From positions 23,252,001 to 23,316,000 of the forward strand of contig NW_024704742.1 of assembly GCF_018977255.1 (NCBI RefSeq): a DNA stretch of 64,000 nucleotides. The letters are read 5' to 3'. The position numbers and the translations under genes are program-made. This DNA is from Callorhinchus milii. Lineage: Eukaryota. Below the pieces are notes generated by a model. The model saw only the letters and a list, made by a program, of their open reading frames with translations. It ran no database searches and had not been told where the DNA came from. This document shows, in pieces, positions 25,808-39,859 of this stretch. Every line of letters starts with the position of its first letter. Position 1 is the first letter of the stretch.

Positions 25808-26684
25808 CTGAAAAACAAGACAAGAAGCAGATGTTCAGTTTCAACATAAAAAACAGGAATACAGTTACTTTGATATAGTAAGAAGCAATCCCAGAAAACA
25901 TTTGGCATAAGCCCTTGAAGCTTTTATTTAAAAAAAACTATTTCGCCTTTATAAGAAATTAATATACGGCTGGAGCCAAAATAAAATACATTATCCAGGT
26001 TAATAAATATAAACGTCCATATGTCAAAGTAAGGGGCGCAGGACTTTCAATAAGTTCAGTATTTTACTATTCGACACAAAGTGGCTAAAGTTTGGGACAT
26101 TAACTGAAAGAAAATGGTTACGCCACAGCTGCTTTTTAGCAAAATCCGATGACATGAGCTCCATTGAAAACACGAACATGGTTATGGATTTAATGTTATA
26201 TATTCAGGATTCTTTTACGAGCTCAGTTTCTCCTCAGCAGTCTACCAGCTGATGCTGGAGGTCGACTCTCTTGCCTCCCTATGATCTGAAGCACTGCTGT
26301 GCAACTGCCTTCTGACTTCATAGGCAGATTGTGACCCAGACAACAATAAACCTGTATTTTACTGGATTTTAATGTATTTCATCGGAGGGTGTATTTCTTA
26401 CACACTATCAAGTCTTTCCTAAGGTCAACATTACTGCATGTCACTATAGTGTGCCAGCACTTCTCTCTCTTTTTCTGAGTCTCTCTCACCTTGTCTTTGT
26501 TCATCTTTGTCCTTCTCTATCTACTGTATACAATAAATTATACACAGTGTAACTGTGTATCTGCAAGGCAACTATCTGCAATTGTCTGATTATCCATATT
26601 TAGTTTTGATGCAGAAATAAACATGGGACTGTGAGATACCATCGATAAGGCTATTTGCACATATTCAATGAATGGAAAGGTCAA

Positions 26685-26786
26685 TGATGGAAAGGTCATC
26701 GACCTGAAACGTTAACTCACTTTCCTCTCTCCATAGATGCTGCCTGACCTGCTGAGTGTTCCCAGCGACTTCTGTTTTTATATTTG
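26685..26786 (+). mobile_element. Short Penelope-like repeat fragment with a degenerate hammerhead-like core
   Basis: tgatgga-a-AGGTC-atc-GACCT-GAAAC-GTTA followed by gatgctgcctgacctgctgag, which is shared with 39954-40090. Confidence 0.6.
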
Positions 26787-28300
26787 AAGCTTACTAGAGA
26801 ATGTTTTTCCTGCTTTGTGTAGGGAATTTGAAGCCTAGCAACCATGTGTGCATGCACACAACAAGAACGACAAATTGCAATTATATAATTAAATAATATT
26901 AAACATTTCCACTGACACACAACTTCACACATGAGCAAAATTGGATTTTTTTTTGCCAGTGGTTTTACTTTTCGTTCTTACACTTTTGAACAGTGCAGTC
27001 AGAGAAAGTCAGAGAGATAGAATATGGGAGACTCAACATGTGTATGTGTGTGTGTGTGAGAGAGAATAAGGAGAACGATAGGAAGAGTCAGAGAAAGAGA
27101 AAAGGGCTGGCACAGTGTGGTATAAAAGCAAAAATATTTTCATTAGCACTAGTCAATTTTTATTTCGTACGATGATCAATTCTTGCTCATCTGCCAATGG
27201 GGTCGGTCCCCAAATAGTGCAGATATTCAGCTCCCTACGATAATAGAATAGATGCTTGTGATATTCACAGCCAAGTATCACTATCACCAGACACAATCTA
27301 TAAATGGCTGAACAATAAGAACACAATTTAAATTACTCTGAGTGACTCTCAACAAGGTCCAACTTGCAGTCATTTTAATGAGTCTAACAAGTTACTTTCT
27401 TGTGGACTCTGTTTCGCTGCTTTCCGAAGCCTGAATTAGCCTGAATTTCTCATGGCCAATCCTCTGTAACTGATGAAAATCCAGGAGCTTGATTTGCCCA
27501 TAATTGAACTGAAGACAGTTATCACGCTTGTAAACTGAAATGTTGCTTTAATCTCTGAGGACCGCTCACTGACAATGGGTTTATCAATAAATATTAAAAC
27601 ACAAACTGCAATGTATCTTATTGAATTTTGTCTACCAGGCACGACAAGCAGAGGTAACTCACGCCTTCTTGAAAGACAACAGAACCTTTGAACTTTTCCA
27701 ATCAAACAAAGAATGCACTGTTTCACTTGCCAAACTCCGCCGTTATAATATATTATCGGTCGTTTTAAAAAGGGTACACCTCTCCTAAAAGCGTGACAGT
27801 ATTTTGATGGAAACTTTCTCGTGGAATGGAAAAGATGTGTGTTTCAGAAACAGAAACCAAATGATCCTAAATAAAATCTTTGAAAGAACCTTTTATGCTG
27901 GATTTGAAATCTCTCATGGAACTAAAAACCTAACCTTACAATATACTTTTTAAAAAATTGTAGGAAATATGGTAAACTGCCAAGCCAATATTGTTAAGCA
28001 CCTGGGACTCTTCCCGACATGAATTAATTAATTGTGAATTAATTAATTGTAAATTTGTATTCTACTAAAAACATATTTTTGTTGTGTATACTTACTCGCA
28101 CTCCACTTCCCTCAATCAACCCCAAAAAAGTAAATCCCCAAATAATGATTTTCTAAGGTAAATATTAAAACTGAAAGCAAATAGTTCACTGAGCTGAATA
28201 CATATGAAATGAAAAGATTTTATGTTAGCACCTATCAAATCAAGCAGATTAAGCTGTTTATAGTTACACTATTTAATTCAAATTTAATTTGAATTGCCAG

Positions 28301-28802
28301 GTGTCAGCCTGGTTCAGTTGTTAGCACTCTTGTCTATTTGTGAGAAGGCTGCGGCTTCAAGCACTACTCTGGGACTTTGAGCTCATCGTCAGAGTTGACA
28401 CTCCGGTACAGTGCTGTGGGAGTGATATAGTATTAGAGGTGTGATCCACATGAGACATTAAACTGAGATTCTTTCTGTTCTGTAGGATGTTAAAGATCTC
28501 ATGTCACAACTTACATAGAAACAGGAGTAAGCCATTCAGCCCCCTGAGTCTGTTCCACCATTCTATTAGATCATGGTTGATCTGTATCAACTTGAAAATA
28601 AAATAGTTTTTCCCAATATCCATGGTGACAATCCTCCAGAAAAAATTGGCCATTTACTTCATGGCTGTTGGCGAGATATCGCTGTGCGCTAATTTGCTTG
28701 CCTACAAAATACACAGTCACTACACTTTATAGTGAATCCTGTGCTTTGAGACGTTCTAAACTACGCAACAAGGCGCTATATTAAATGCAAGGTTTATTAT
28801 TT
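28301..28802 (+). mobile_element. Deu-domain SINE interrupted by a CR1 3' fragment (about 28513-28588)
   Basis: tRNA-like head, Deu core (atgagacattaaactgag...aaagatctcatg) and tail aaatgcaagg-tttattatt. Confidence 0.7.
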
Positions 28803-28976
28803 CATTTACAATTAAACACCTCATCAAAACAGAGTAAGAACAGCTGTTAGAATGAAAGAATGATCTCTATATTCGAAAGGCTGTGTCTGTCGTCTGTTAA
28901 AGATCATCTTAACCCTACACTTCCCCAGATGTTATGCTGCTGAGTGCTTAGTTGTGTGATCCAGTCCACTTCCTCT

Positions 28977-28991
28977 GCTGCCCCCTGCTGG
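28977..28991 (-). promoter_or_regulatory. CTCF core motif CCAGCAGGGGGCAGC
   Basis: Full match to the CCASYAGRKGGCRSY consensus; binding not shown. Confidence 0.55.
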
Positions 28992-29372
28992 TTATGCATC
29001 AACTACCTAATCCCTCCGCTGAAGCAGGCGTGAACAGATTGGTTCCATGTCTTCTAACTGATTTGGTGCTCAACCAGGTGAGGTGCAAACTGGCTGCCTA
29101 ACAGCGGAAGGTGTTAATACTGGCCAGCACTGGATGAAGACTGTGTGGCCACAAAGTACCTAATTGAACAAACTCAAGTGCTCTGAGAGTTACCCAACCT
29201 GTAAGTGTCCAGCTGCATCCTGTGCACTTGAAAACGAGGACATTTTCCTGGCCATATAAACATGCCGGTACCCCAGAACGATGCATCGCAGTGCACTGCT
29301 TTTCAAGTTAAACATTTGAATGCAAGAAACATGGCCATTGTACCATATTTCTCCCTGAATTTGCTTTTAAGA

Positions 29373-29687
29373 GTGGAATCCCGTAGCTCAGTGGTTAGAT
29401 CACTTGCCTCGCAAGCAAGAGACCTGGGTTCAATTCCCGGCAGGGTGAAACCTTGGGCAAGTTTCCTTACTCCACACACCTGATAATAATACCTCGAGAG
29501 AGAAAAAAAAATCGGTCGCTTCAATCCACGACTGTGCGTGGGACACTGCTGTGCGCAATTGGCTGCCGCATTTCGCCCACAAATATACAGTCAATTCATT
29601 TTACAGTCTATTCTGTGAAGCGCTTTGAGACGTCTAGAAGACGTGAAACGCGCTATATCAAATGCAAGGATTATTATTATTATTATT
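29373..29687 (+). mobile_element. Full-length tRNA-derived SINE with an L2-type tail
   Basis: A box TAGCTCAGTGG, B box GGTTCAATTCC, (TTA)n tail; several related copies in the window. Confidence 0.92.
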
Positions 29688-32600
29688 AAGCGACAATACA
29701 TGTTCTCTGTACTCTCCCTTCCAAAAACAAATCCCATTAAATGTGAAAATCAAGTATTGGTTAAGACAAAAGCATCATTGTACCTGTTTATTTTATAAAA
29801 TGACTGCTTAAAACATAAAAGTTTCAATGGATAAATGGTTACAAAATTGGACTGAAATCTCTGGCATGCTTTTTCAAAAGTATGCCAATGGAAAGTGTTA
29901 GTGTAAACTATCAAACTTAAGTTTATTAGTACAATCTTTAACTTTGTATAAAGCCCATGCATTTTCTCACTGCCACGGGTATACAGTTTATCTACTTGTA
30001 ATCAGGAAAAAACACATTACACAATGTATATTTAACAGTGTCAGAAGCTGTTAGCTTTGTGTAAAAACAGGATCGTTTTGACAGGTCACGTCTTACAGGC
30101 AGCGAGTTTCATCTACACATTAATGCAGCGTAATTTTAATGGTCTTCCACACAGTCCATTACAACAATCCTTAAGTGCCTTGAGGACTGCAGCTCACCTG
30201 GGTCCAATGTCTCCAGCCCCTCATTATAAAAAAANGTGGAAAAATGGCCACCGGTGTTGGCCACTGACATCACTTCCCACAGGTTGCTGATTGTTGCCGC
30301 TCCCTATGTTCCTGGTTGTTGTTGACGTAACTTCCTGAATGCTGCATATGGGCAATAGATGCAGAAAGCACTAGCGACATCACTTCAGCGGCATTCCTGT
30401 ACAGACTGCACATGTGAAGCATGCAGGAAGTGATGACGATTGACCTGACAAGGAATCAGTCATTTTTTAGCACACGGGAAGCTGACTGATCCATGGGGCC
30501 ATGGAACGCGGTCCTTATAAGCAAGCGTATAAAAGGCACCTTATAATGGGATTATCCTCTTGTTCTCACTCTGTAATTGTACTCCTATGTTCATTTTTTA
30601 AATATTTTAAAAGTTACACATATTGTAAGGAAGCTGAGTGCCTGGCTGCAGAATATCAATTGCCAATACACCTGCAAATAAGCTGTAGGAAAACATGGCT
30701 ACCATATATGCCTACAAATACAGATACTGCACTTGACAATAAATAACTAAGATGCTCCAACACAACACTTTGCTCTGCAACCGTAGCACTAACTGAGCTA
30801 ATGCAATTTTGTCATCAATATAAACCCAATGTTTTGTTGCCTTTGTGGCTCCTGCCTGCACCCCCCCCCCCCCCCACTCCACCACCTGCCGAAAGGCACT
30901 GTATCTGGCGGCATATTTTTCTTGTACCAAACAATCTGAGGTGAGTATATGACATAATTTACTGAGAAATCAAGTGGGCTACACTATAAAGTAAGATTGG
31001 GTGCCATAATGCCATTTTATTCTACTGGACATGTATTGTTAGCATTTCCACCAGTAAAGTGGTTGAGCGTAGGAAGATTTGTTTATTGAACAGCTCAAAC
31101 AATATTCACAGATAGCTGAGGAAAGCTGTGTTCAATGCAGAGTCCAGAGAACTCTGCTAAATAACTCTGGTTACTAGAAGTAGCCAGAAACTTTAAAAGG
31201 ACAATTTTAGATTTACATCATCTGCATCTATAATTCATTGGGTACCAATCGATGTCTTGGTAAAAATGGCTCCTCAAAGTGATATCAGTAATCTGGCTGC
31301 AGCATGAACTTTGTGATCATGCTCCTCAAACTGCAGGTGCAGGCAGTATCAGTCAACTTTTAGTTGATGGCTAACCCGACCATCGAAAGCACTTCCAGGA
31401 AGTGGTTTTGAAATCAATGCCATTGGTTTCAGAATAAATGCGGTTTTACTGCGGTTCAAGTAAACTCTTGAACTTCAAAAAAAATTGAAAAGTTCTTGCC
31501 GGGCCTTTTAATGTTACTACAGAGCCGAGCGGATCACATTAAAAAAACAAAGGCTCCGTTGGCCATGTACAGGGCTGTCTGAAGCCTCCAAGAGTGAGGA
31601 ATGGAAACTCAGTATTCCGAACTGAATAGCTCTGCAGCTGAAAGCCACGTTAGATCAATACAGCAGTAAAAAAAAGGCAGAAAATTCCGACTTTTATCTT
31701 TTTGGTTTTCAAGTTGAAAACTGCCAGATTTCCTCAAAATGTATTTGGCTCAAAGAACTTGCGTCTGTTGAATAAAGACAGGAGCACAAGCTAGACTCCT
31801 TTTTGTTCTGAGAATCGACTTTTTAAAAGAACATTAAAGAGACCTTTGTCAGAATGTCTGAGGCAGAAGTATGTATAAAGAGGTCAAGGCCTTTTTGAAC
31901 TAATATGCATGAGGAAAGAATGCAGACCTGGAGTCATGCAGGTTGAACAGGGCACATCCAGACCATGTTCTGGAAAGTTTGGCTCTCTTCCCACTTTCAA
32001 CAGCATTAATGTAAAGACAGCTGATGGAAACCTTTCCCTGCTTTGATTTATCCTGCCCCTGCTCTGATTTTTTATAAGCTGATAAAATACAGAACAGGCA
32101 ACTAACAGAACCGATTTTTTTAAGAATATAAAATCACAATACACGATACCTTGGACACAGATTACCCACCCTAAAGAAAATGCCCCACTGTTAATAAATT
32201 ATCCTACAGTGTAACAGAATCCATGAGATGAATTGACAGCATAGCCCTTACCCTCCATTTAACCATCACCAGACACAAATACAGATGTTCAAGGTTCTTA
32301 CATCAAACATTTAAAAAGTTTAATATAAATGGTTCTTTATATAACTTCATGCAAAAGCATGAAAATGTAAGCCTCTATAGATTTTACAAATTTATTACAA
32401 ATATTGTAGTATGTGAAATTCAAATCTAGGGGAAACCTGGAAACTCAAGCCTTGGAGCATTAATTTCTCAATAAGAGGTTCTGCAGTTGGGAATCCTAGG
32501 TGAAGTCTTTACATTACCAAGTCTGTGTCTGGAGAGAACCAGTAATATTCAACAATTGTTTTTCTCAATTCCAGACCCCAACTCGGACTGAGACCAGTTG

Positions 32601-35082
32601 TTGCTGTTAGAGCAAGCTATGAAAAGACACCGCTCCAGAGGCAAACAGCTGATCACCAATGATCATAATAGCCGAGGCCTTTGGAAAAACAGCATGGAAG
32701 ATCAAAGCCTCCTCTTTCGCACCACACTTGGTAGATAATGTTCAAGGAGTATTCACCACCTTTCAGCTCTCAGCTCTACATACTTGAAGTGAGGAGAAAA
32801 AGAGGAAGAAAAGGAAAGCAAAGATAGGCTAACTTATTCCACTTAATCGATGCTTTGTGCTAGCTGATCATGGAGTTGGATTGATGGCAGTTGGGGAGAA
32901 ATCCAATCTAAGGTCATCCTGCCCCTCTAGCTAGCAAAGTGTCTTCTGGTAACTGTACTCTTGTAGAGAAACTGGGGAGTGGTGGAGACTGAGAAAATAC
33001 AGGGGTGAGAGTGAGAAAAAGGTTAAATGTGAACCAATAAAATATAAAACATTTAAATAAACATGGCAAATGATATTTTGTTAGAACGCTGGTAATTATT
33101 TCGAACACATTCAAAATCCTTACATATCCAATCAAGGTAGGATGATAGAAGAACAATGAATACTGAAAGATGAATTATTTAAAAACAAAAGAACCAGTCA
33201 GATCTGCTAGCACAATAACAATCTCTTCCTATAACCCTTAAGACAAGACTTAAATAGATCTCCGTAGGTCAGAGCAATGAATCTTCTCTTCGCAGCATTA
33301 ATCGTAGTGTTTTAAATTTATGTGTTGTAGCCTAAGGGTGAAACGTGTGGTCAATTGTCCTATTAACGAAAAAGATAAATAAAATTGACGAATTGTTCTT
33401 TTGCTTAACTAGAATGCACATGGTACATATTAAGGTTGTACACAGTTAACATCTGAATACAATCCATTTTATTATTCCTGCTTGCAAACATAGGGGAGAG
33501 ATGTGAGGCAGTAAACTGGGCGGGGGAAGAACTCAGATTACTTTGCATGAACTTATTAAAAATATGTAGTGCCTATATCTGATATGGCAGTTAAATCAAC
33601 TTTAATAACTTATAAGGGTCATTTCCATAAAAGCTATGCTCTTTGCTCCAGAGTACTTCTTGTGAAATGTACTGCTCAGCTCAGAAAGTCTAAGCGCAGT
33701 GCTCTGTCTACTTGTAATGCAGTGCTACAGATATCTCAGAGTGTCAATCCAGAAATCATGACAAAGTGCTGGGAAGTGTCTCTGTGGGAATGTCAGACAG
33801 TTTGGATGGAAGGATTTTTTTGGGGGAAAATAATAAAAAACTATTCACAACCCTTTGGTCCTTTATAGATTTTCATGAAATCTTCCCTGCTGAAAAAAAC
33901 TTGGCAAAATCTCCTATTCAGGTTGTAGATGTACAATTGATTAGAGGATTTTACGTAAATGTATAAAACATTCAGAATGTCTTCATTCAATTACTCTTTT
34001 GCCAAGTCTGTCATGCACAAACTTGAAGTATGCCTCAACAAAGCACTCTTAACTCAACACCGACATGGCTCACTTTAGCAATGAACAGATAGCAGACAGA
34101 TTAATAGAATGGGAGATGTATTTGGCTGGGTAATATAAGGGATCAATTGCATATTTAATTGTTATTCCATTTAAAAGTACAATACAGCTGAGAAAGCAGT
34201 AGCGTTTTGCAACTGCAGCTTCCTTACAAACTCTTAAAATAACTAATTTTCACTGCTAATCTTAACACGATTGGAGATGATAACCTTTTGTCCTACTGTT
34301 TTATTGACAAAGTAAAAGTTACCATCTCCAATATTTTGGAAATATTCGACAGAAACAAGTCACATTTTATGGCAGTTTGTTCAGCGTATTGTTGGTTGGT
34401 TTGACTTTTTCAAGTTAACAGAATGCTTTACATCGTGACGGAAATTTCATACACATATGAATGCAGTTACAGAAGTAACTGAGAGCATGTTTACATACTC
34501 AAAGCTGAAAGCTGAGATTACTGGACTTTCACAATCACTTCTGTAACTCAAGGGGGCAATAGCTCACCTTGCAGCTTGTAAACTATCCTGACTATTTATT
34601 TATTGCACTTGTAGATTGATTTAAAGAAAGGATTTTTCAAGAAAGAAACATTTTTGCTCATTTTGTGTAGGCTTTTGCTTTCTGAGGGGAATAGTGGCTG
34701 ATCTGAGCTGCAGATGTCAATTACTGACCAACAGTAAAAACATTCAGCGGATTGTGTCAAGCGTAAAGTGACTTAGATTCTTTGTGTTCTTGGGTCTCTC
34801 AGTGATTAACTGGACTTCTGCCACCCCCCTCAGCAATGTTGCAAAATGATTCACATGCTCCCTAACTTCCAAGGTCTCTAAGGCCAATATCAATTGGGTG
34901 GGAGGGTGAGCAACCTGCCAGGCTTTCTTTCTGGGCTGTGAGTGAGCTGAGATTGGGACACAGCAGAGTGGTGACCACAGCCACATACCATGAGACCTAA
35001 GATTTATTTCTCACCTTCAATGGTGTGTAGAGTGTCCTTACTTTGATCTCTTATGAGCTGCAACAATATTTTCAATTGCTAT

Positions 35083-35210
35083 GATAATAAGAATTTGTTC
35101 TGGGTGTATGGAAAAACCTTGGTGTATAAAGAAACTCTTATACTACGATAATAAGAATTTGTTCTGGGTGTATGGAAAAACCTTGGTGTATAAAGAAACT
35201 CTTATACTAC
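35083..35210. repeat. Exact tandem duplication, 2 x 64 bp
   Basis: gataataagaatttg...cttatactac is repeated at 35083 and 35147. Confidence 0.95.
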
Positions 35211-36296
35211 ATACCTGCAAGCCTAAGATATCCTGGCCATCAAAACCATCTAGAGAATCCAAAACAGAATGACACACTGGCCAGGATCAAGAATTAACAG
35301 TACAAAGAACTATCTGGCTCAAAACACACACATGAGACAACTCAAACAAATCTATTCGTTAATCAAGTGATTGACTCAAACTTCTTAGGAATGCAAATGC
35401 ATACCACCCTGATATGTGTCCAAGATACCACCATGAATGTGCTAAATTACACTGCTAAATCTCACCAAGGACTGGCATTTTGAAACTACATCTACACAGA
35501 TGTAAATAGATGTTTTTAGATTTCCCACACAAAGCAGGCAACTGAAAGCCTGTTTAAATGCTTTTTAACCCACCCAAGGGGTTTTAACAAGGCTGTAAAC
35601 TGTCTAAGTAAAGGAAGAGCAGATTATAGTTATCAGAACTCCAGAACAGTGAACCAGAGCAAGCCCTGTAACCCGCCTGATCATTTATCATGTATAATGC
35701 ACGCAGCCCATTTTGTTTGATCATTATATTAAAATGGCTGCAAGTGCAGAAGCAGTCCTCACTAAGACAGCCTTGGTAATTTTGGGAGTAGCAGGCCCAT
35801 TGATCGATTGGAAGCAACTCCACTGACTAGATGATAAATCTTCACCACATCAGACTCCAATACAACCAGAAAACTCAATTCTGTTTTACATGTTCTGCTA
35901 TTTTTCATGTGGAGCGTGCTTCAGTAGCCATTACTAACAGTTTTGATGTTAAGGTCACAGAAGTAGGTTTGAAGCTGTCAGTCCAGAGGTCACGTGAAAG
36001 GAAAGCAGGGAAATGTCTGTGACAAAAGTACTCAGATGACAGGAATTGAGTGCATTATATAGGAAGCGTTTGTAGTGTTTGACCAGAATAGTCATCAGTT
36101 TTTATCTAATATGTCACAACAGACGTAGGTTTACTTCTGAAATGATTTTTAGTAAAAGTGTTCTACAATGTAATAAAACACAAACATGACAAAAATTCCA
36201 ACCTTTGGAAACTTTAATATTAAACTAGTTTCCCACCATTTAGCCTATGAGGAAGTAAATACGCCAACACTATAATTACTGCTATTTTGTGTATAC

Positions 36297-36775
36297 TATA
36301 GAACGTATAAGATCATAGAATCAAAGCTACCTGTTTTTCTATCCCACTGCCCTACCTTATCCCCATACCCTTTCCAGCCTCTGTCTTTCATATACCCATC
36401 GACTTCCCTCTTGAAACCCCAATTTACTCTACCTCTATCACAGTACTTCGTAAGGTATTCCACATCCTAACAACTCTCCTTTTGTTGTTCTCATGGCTAT
36501 CTTATATCTATGTCTCCTAGACACTGGCTCCCCTACTAGCTTTTCCCTCTTCACCCTGTCAAAACCCTTCATCATGTTGTACACCTTTATCAGCCCCCAC
36601 TCAATCTTTTCTTCTCCCAAAAAAACTCCAATCTCTCCTCATAACTGTAGCCCACCCGTTCCCTTGTATCATTCTTGTAAATCTCTTCTGCACCCTTCCA
36701 AGGTTGCAACATCATTCCTGAAGTGAGGTGCCCAAAACTGAACACAGTACAGGGTACTGAGATGATTTTTGTACA
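36297..36775 (-). mobile_element. CR1 LINE 3' fragment
   Basis: Translation GLIKVYNMMKGFDRVKREKL resembles the CR1 ORF2 C-terminus; ttctatg-type tail. Confidence 0.8.
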
Positions 36776-39591
36776 CATGCAATTGAGTGCACGGACAGAG
36801 ATTTTTTTAAAATTAATTGATCTGTAAGCTTCAAATAATCCAAAACTGCAACCTGTGGTCTAACCTACACCACACTCAAAGCATCGTTGATATCACTTCA
36901 TAGAGGGAATGACGTCATTGGCACTTCCTGCACATAGTTCGTAGGCACAGCGTATAATTAATTGGCTTTAGCGGCACTTCCTGTGCATAATATGCAGGCA
37001 AAATGATGCAACCCGGAAAACTGATATTCGGCCATTACTTTTGAGTCTCGCTTTTAGCACAACTGCTGAGACATTGAACACAGCTGACCATGCTATAACA
37101 AAGGTTTCCTGTATAAACTGGGCATAAATATTTGTACATTTCTGTCGTCTTCCATAAATATTAATGCAACTAAAAACCCAGTAAACCCAGTTGCTTTAGG
37201 ACCTGAAGGATTGGAAAGTTAACAGAGCTGTATTCTACATTCTACTCCTACTAGACTTCCACTGCAGTAGATGCCAGTGAAATGTTAAACAATTTTAAGA
37301 TCTCACATTTTATGAGCCTGACGTGTTTTAAATTCCAAAGTAAATGCCATTTCCTCCTCCTTGAATGAAAATAGTGTTTTTGTGTCATGCAGCTGAAGAA
37401 AGCTTCCAGATCCAAGGACAAATGTCAAAATGAAATCAAAACAAAAATATTTCCACCCCATATAAAAAAAACTATAATTACAAACCATTTTAAATGATGG
37501 GACTTTAACACTGCATTAAAATGTTAAAGCTGCTGAAGTGTCAGAGTACATCTGGAACATCTTCTGAAGTGGAATGAATAAGTATTAAAAGTGTGTTGCG
37601 TCTTTGCATTCAAACCCCACAAGCATTAAATATCTATTCTGAAGTAAAATAACGGAAACTATAATGAATGGGTTATAGGATATGATGTTATAACTCTCAA
37701 AAATATGAAAGCTGATTTCTCTGAATCTACATTTCCTTCACTTGTTACTTCACACAATCTCGCTGTATCAGAGCACGCCTCTTTCTCGCTGTCTATTTAC
37801 ACGGCACTGCTAGACAACGATGTAAACATCCCTGTACTTGATAAATGGATATTTCTGAATACCCACAGCCTTCCTTCCCCAATTTACATGTGTTGTAGTT
37901 TTTTTGCTAAATATTTAGACACTTCTGCAAATACCTCAACATTATGTGTTTACATGGGAAATGGCACATAATCATTGTCACTGTGCTACATATTGTTTGC
38001 AAAGGCTGTCCAAATCCAGAGAACCTGTATTCACTGCCAGTTTAAAAAATGAACAACTCGCGCCCGTTTGCCAACCAGTTTTCAAATGGCAAAATCTTTG
38101 CGTTTCTGACATGATTAATGGTCAGACACAGAATTAAAAGGGTAGAATTGGAATAGCAGTTGAAAAATATTAGTGAGTGCAATTTGTTCCTAAATCAGGG
38201 ATCATCCCAAAATGTGTTACATTTTGCAGGAAGACTTTTCAAAAATGGATAAGTAAACAGGAATAAGTGTCACATTCCAGCCTGCAGTGAATACAAGTTC
38301 TCCATACTTCCGACATATTTTTCAGCCAGCATGCTTCACCTCTGCCAAGCACATGAGATAGAGACACAATATATTTTTACATACTAACAAATTATTCACT
38401 CCATCTCAGGATTAAAAAAAAATCACGAATACTTCAATGTAGAGTGTATGATACACACAAAGTCAGATAAATCGCTGTCAGGCAATGTCATGGAAATAGT
38501 CCTTCTGGATACAGGAACCACTAACAGAACATACATCAATTTGTCTCTAACAGAAAAGTGATACAAGCCATTCTCTTACAGCATGTTCCTTGCGAGAACA
38601 TGCTTTTGTAAGGCTTCTAGAAAATAACTTCTGGCAAGAGGCTAGTATTTAATAATATTACAAGTTCTGTTTTCTTGTCAAAGTAAATAATCTCAATCAA
38701 ACATTTTCTGCTAAAAAATTTGCTAAAATAGTGCGAAACTTAAGATCGCCAAAGACGAACGGAAAAAGTTAATTCCAAATAAAAAGGCAATACAACTGCG
38801 GGGAGGGAAGAGGAAAGAACATGATGTGTGATATTAAACATTTTTCCCACGATAAGTGAACCTTGAACTTTGAGTGCTAACTAGTGAATTCAATATATTG
38901 AAGATACAGTAAATGTTAAATCTTTTCAACAAGAATGTAAAGCACCCTGAAATATGAAATACCAGGTAAAATTAGGAAGCAAGATGTTTATTCGTTTACC
39001 TTGAGTTATTGTCATGGAGTGAAGCAATCAGCATACTGGTCTTTTATACCACCAAAAAGGTCACACACTGTCATTTTAAAAGGGCTGACTCCTGGGTCTT
39101 GATCCCGCAGTTCTACAGTACTATGTTTCGCCACCAGAGGCCGTTCTTGAACTACTTAAATAGTAAAACGCCCTCCGGAGACAGAAACCTAGAATTTTAG
39201 TTTATGGTATTTTAGTTGGTATTTTAGTTTATTCCACAGGTCCAACTGGAACACTGATATTTGCAGTGAACCTGGGTCTAATCACACATTCACTCATCAT
39301 GTCTTAAAGTACTAGCTATTTAAGCTTTTCATGCAATTTTGTAAAAGCACCAATTAAGGACATGACTGAGGTTATTTCAGTTGTATATTTTTTCGACAGA
39401 AATTTTAAGCTAGCTCTAGATTTCACTAAAATCTTTATCATGCTATAATTTTTGACGTTATATATTTTGACATATATATTGCTACATCTTTTGCCTTCTG
39501 TCTTTGTTTTATTTTCTAAATGATCGTTTGATGTCTGGCTGCTGGAACAATACTCCTCCCCACACCCAGGAAAGTAGAAATTCTTCTCTGA

Positions 39592-39735
39592 TGCAATCAA
39601 TTGGCTACCACGTTTCACCCATAAATGTACAGTCAATTCACTTTACAGTATATTCTGTGAAGTGCTTTGAGAAGTCTAGAAGATGTGAAAGGCGCTATAT
39701 CAAAATGCAAGGATTATTATTTTTATTTATTATAA
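39592..39735 (+). mobile_element. SINE 3' fragment
   Basis: Matches the 3' half of 29373-29687. Confidence 0.85.
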
Positions 39736-39859
39736 TTTTCAGAGTTGGAATTAAACTCTTTTTGGTTACCAGAGATACTCCCATTATGAATATTGTGTTT
39801 TAAACTTGTAAGCTCACATTACACTAAGAATCTTCCATGCAGCCTCACATCAGGACTTT

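Noticed and set aside
29373..29450. tRNA gene
   Set aside because: It is a SINE head: it continues into the SINE body and tail and lacks a proper acceptor stem.
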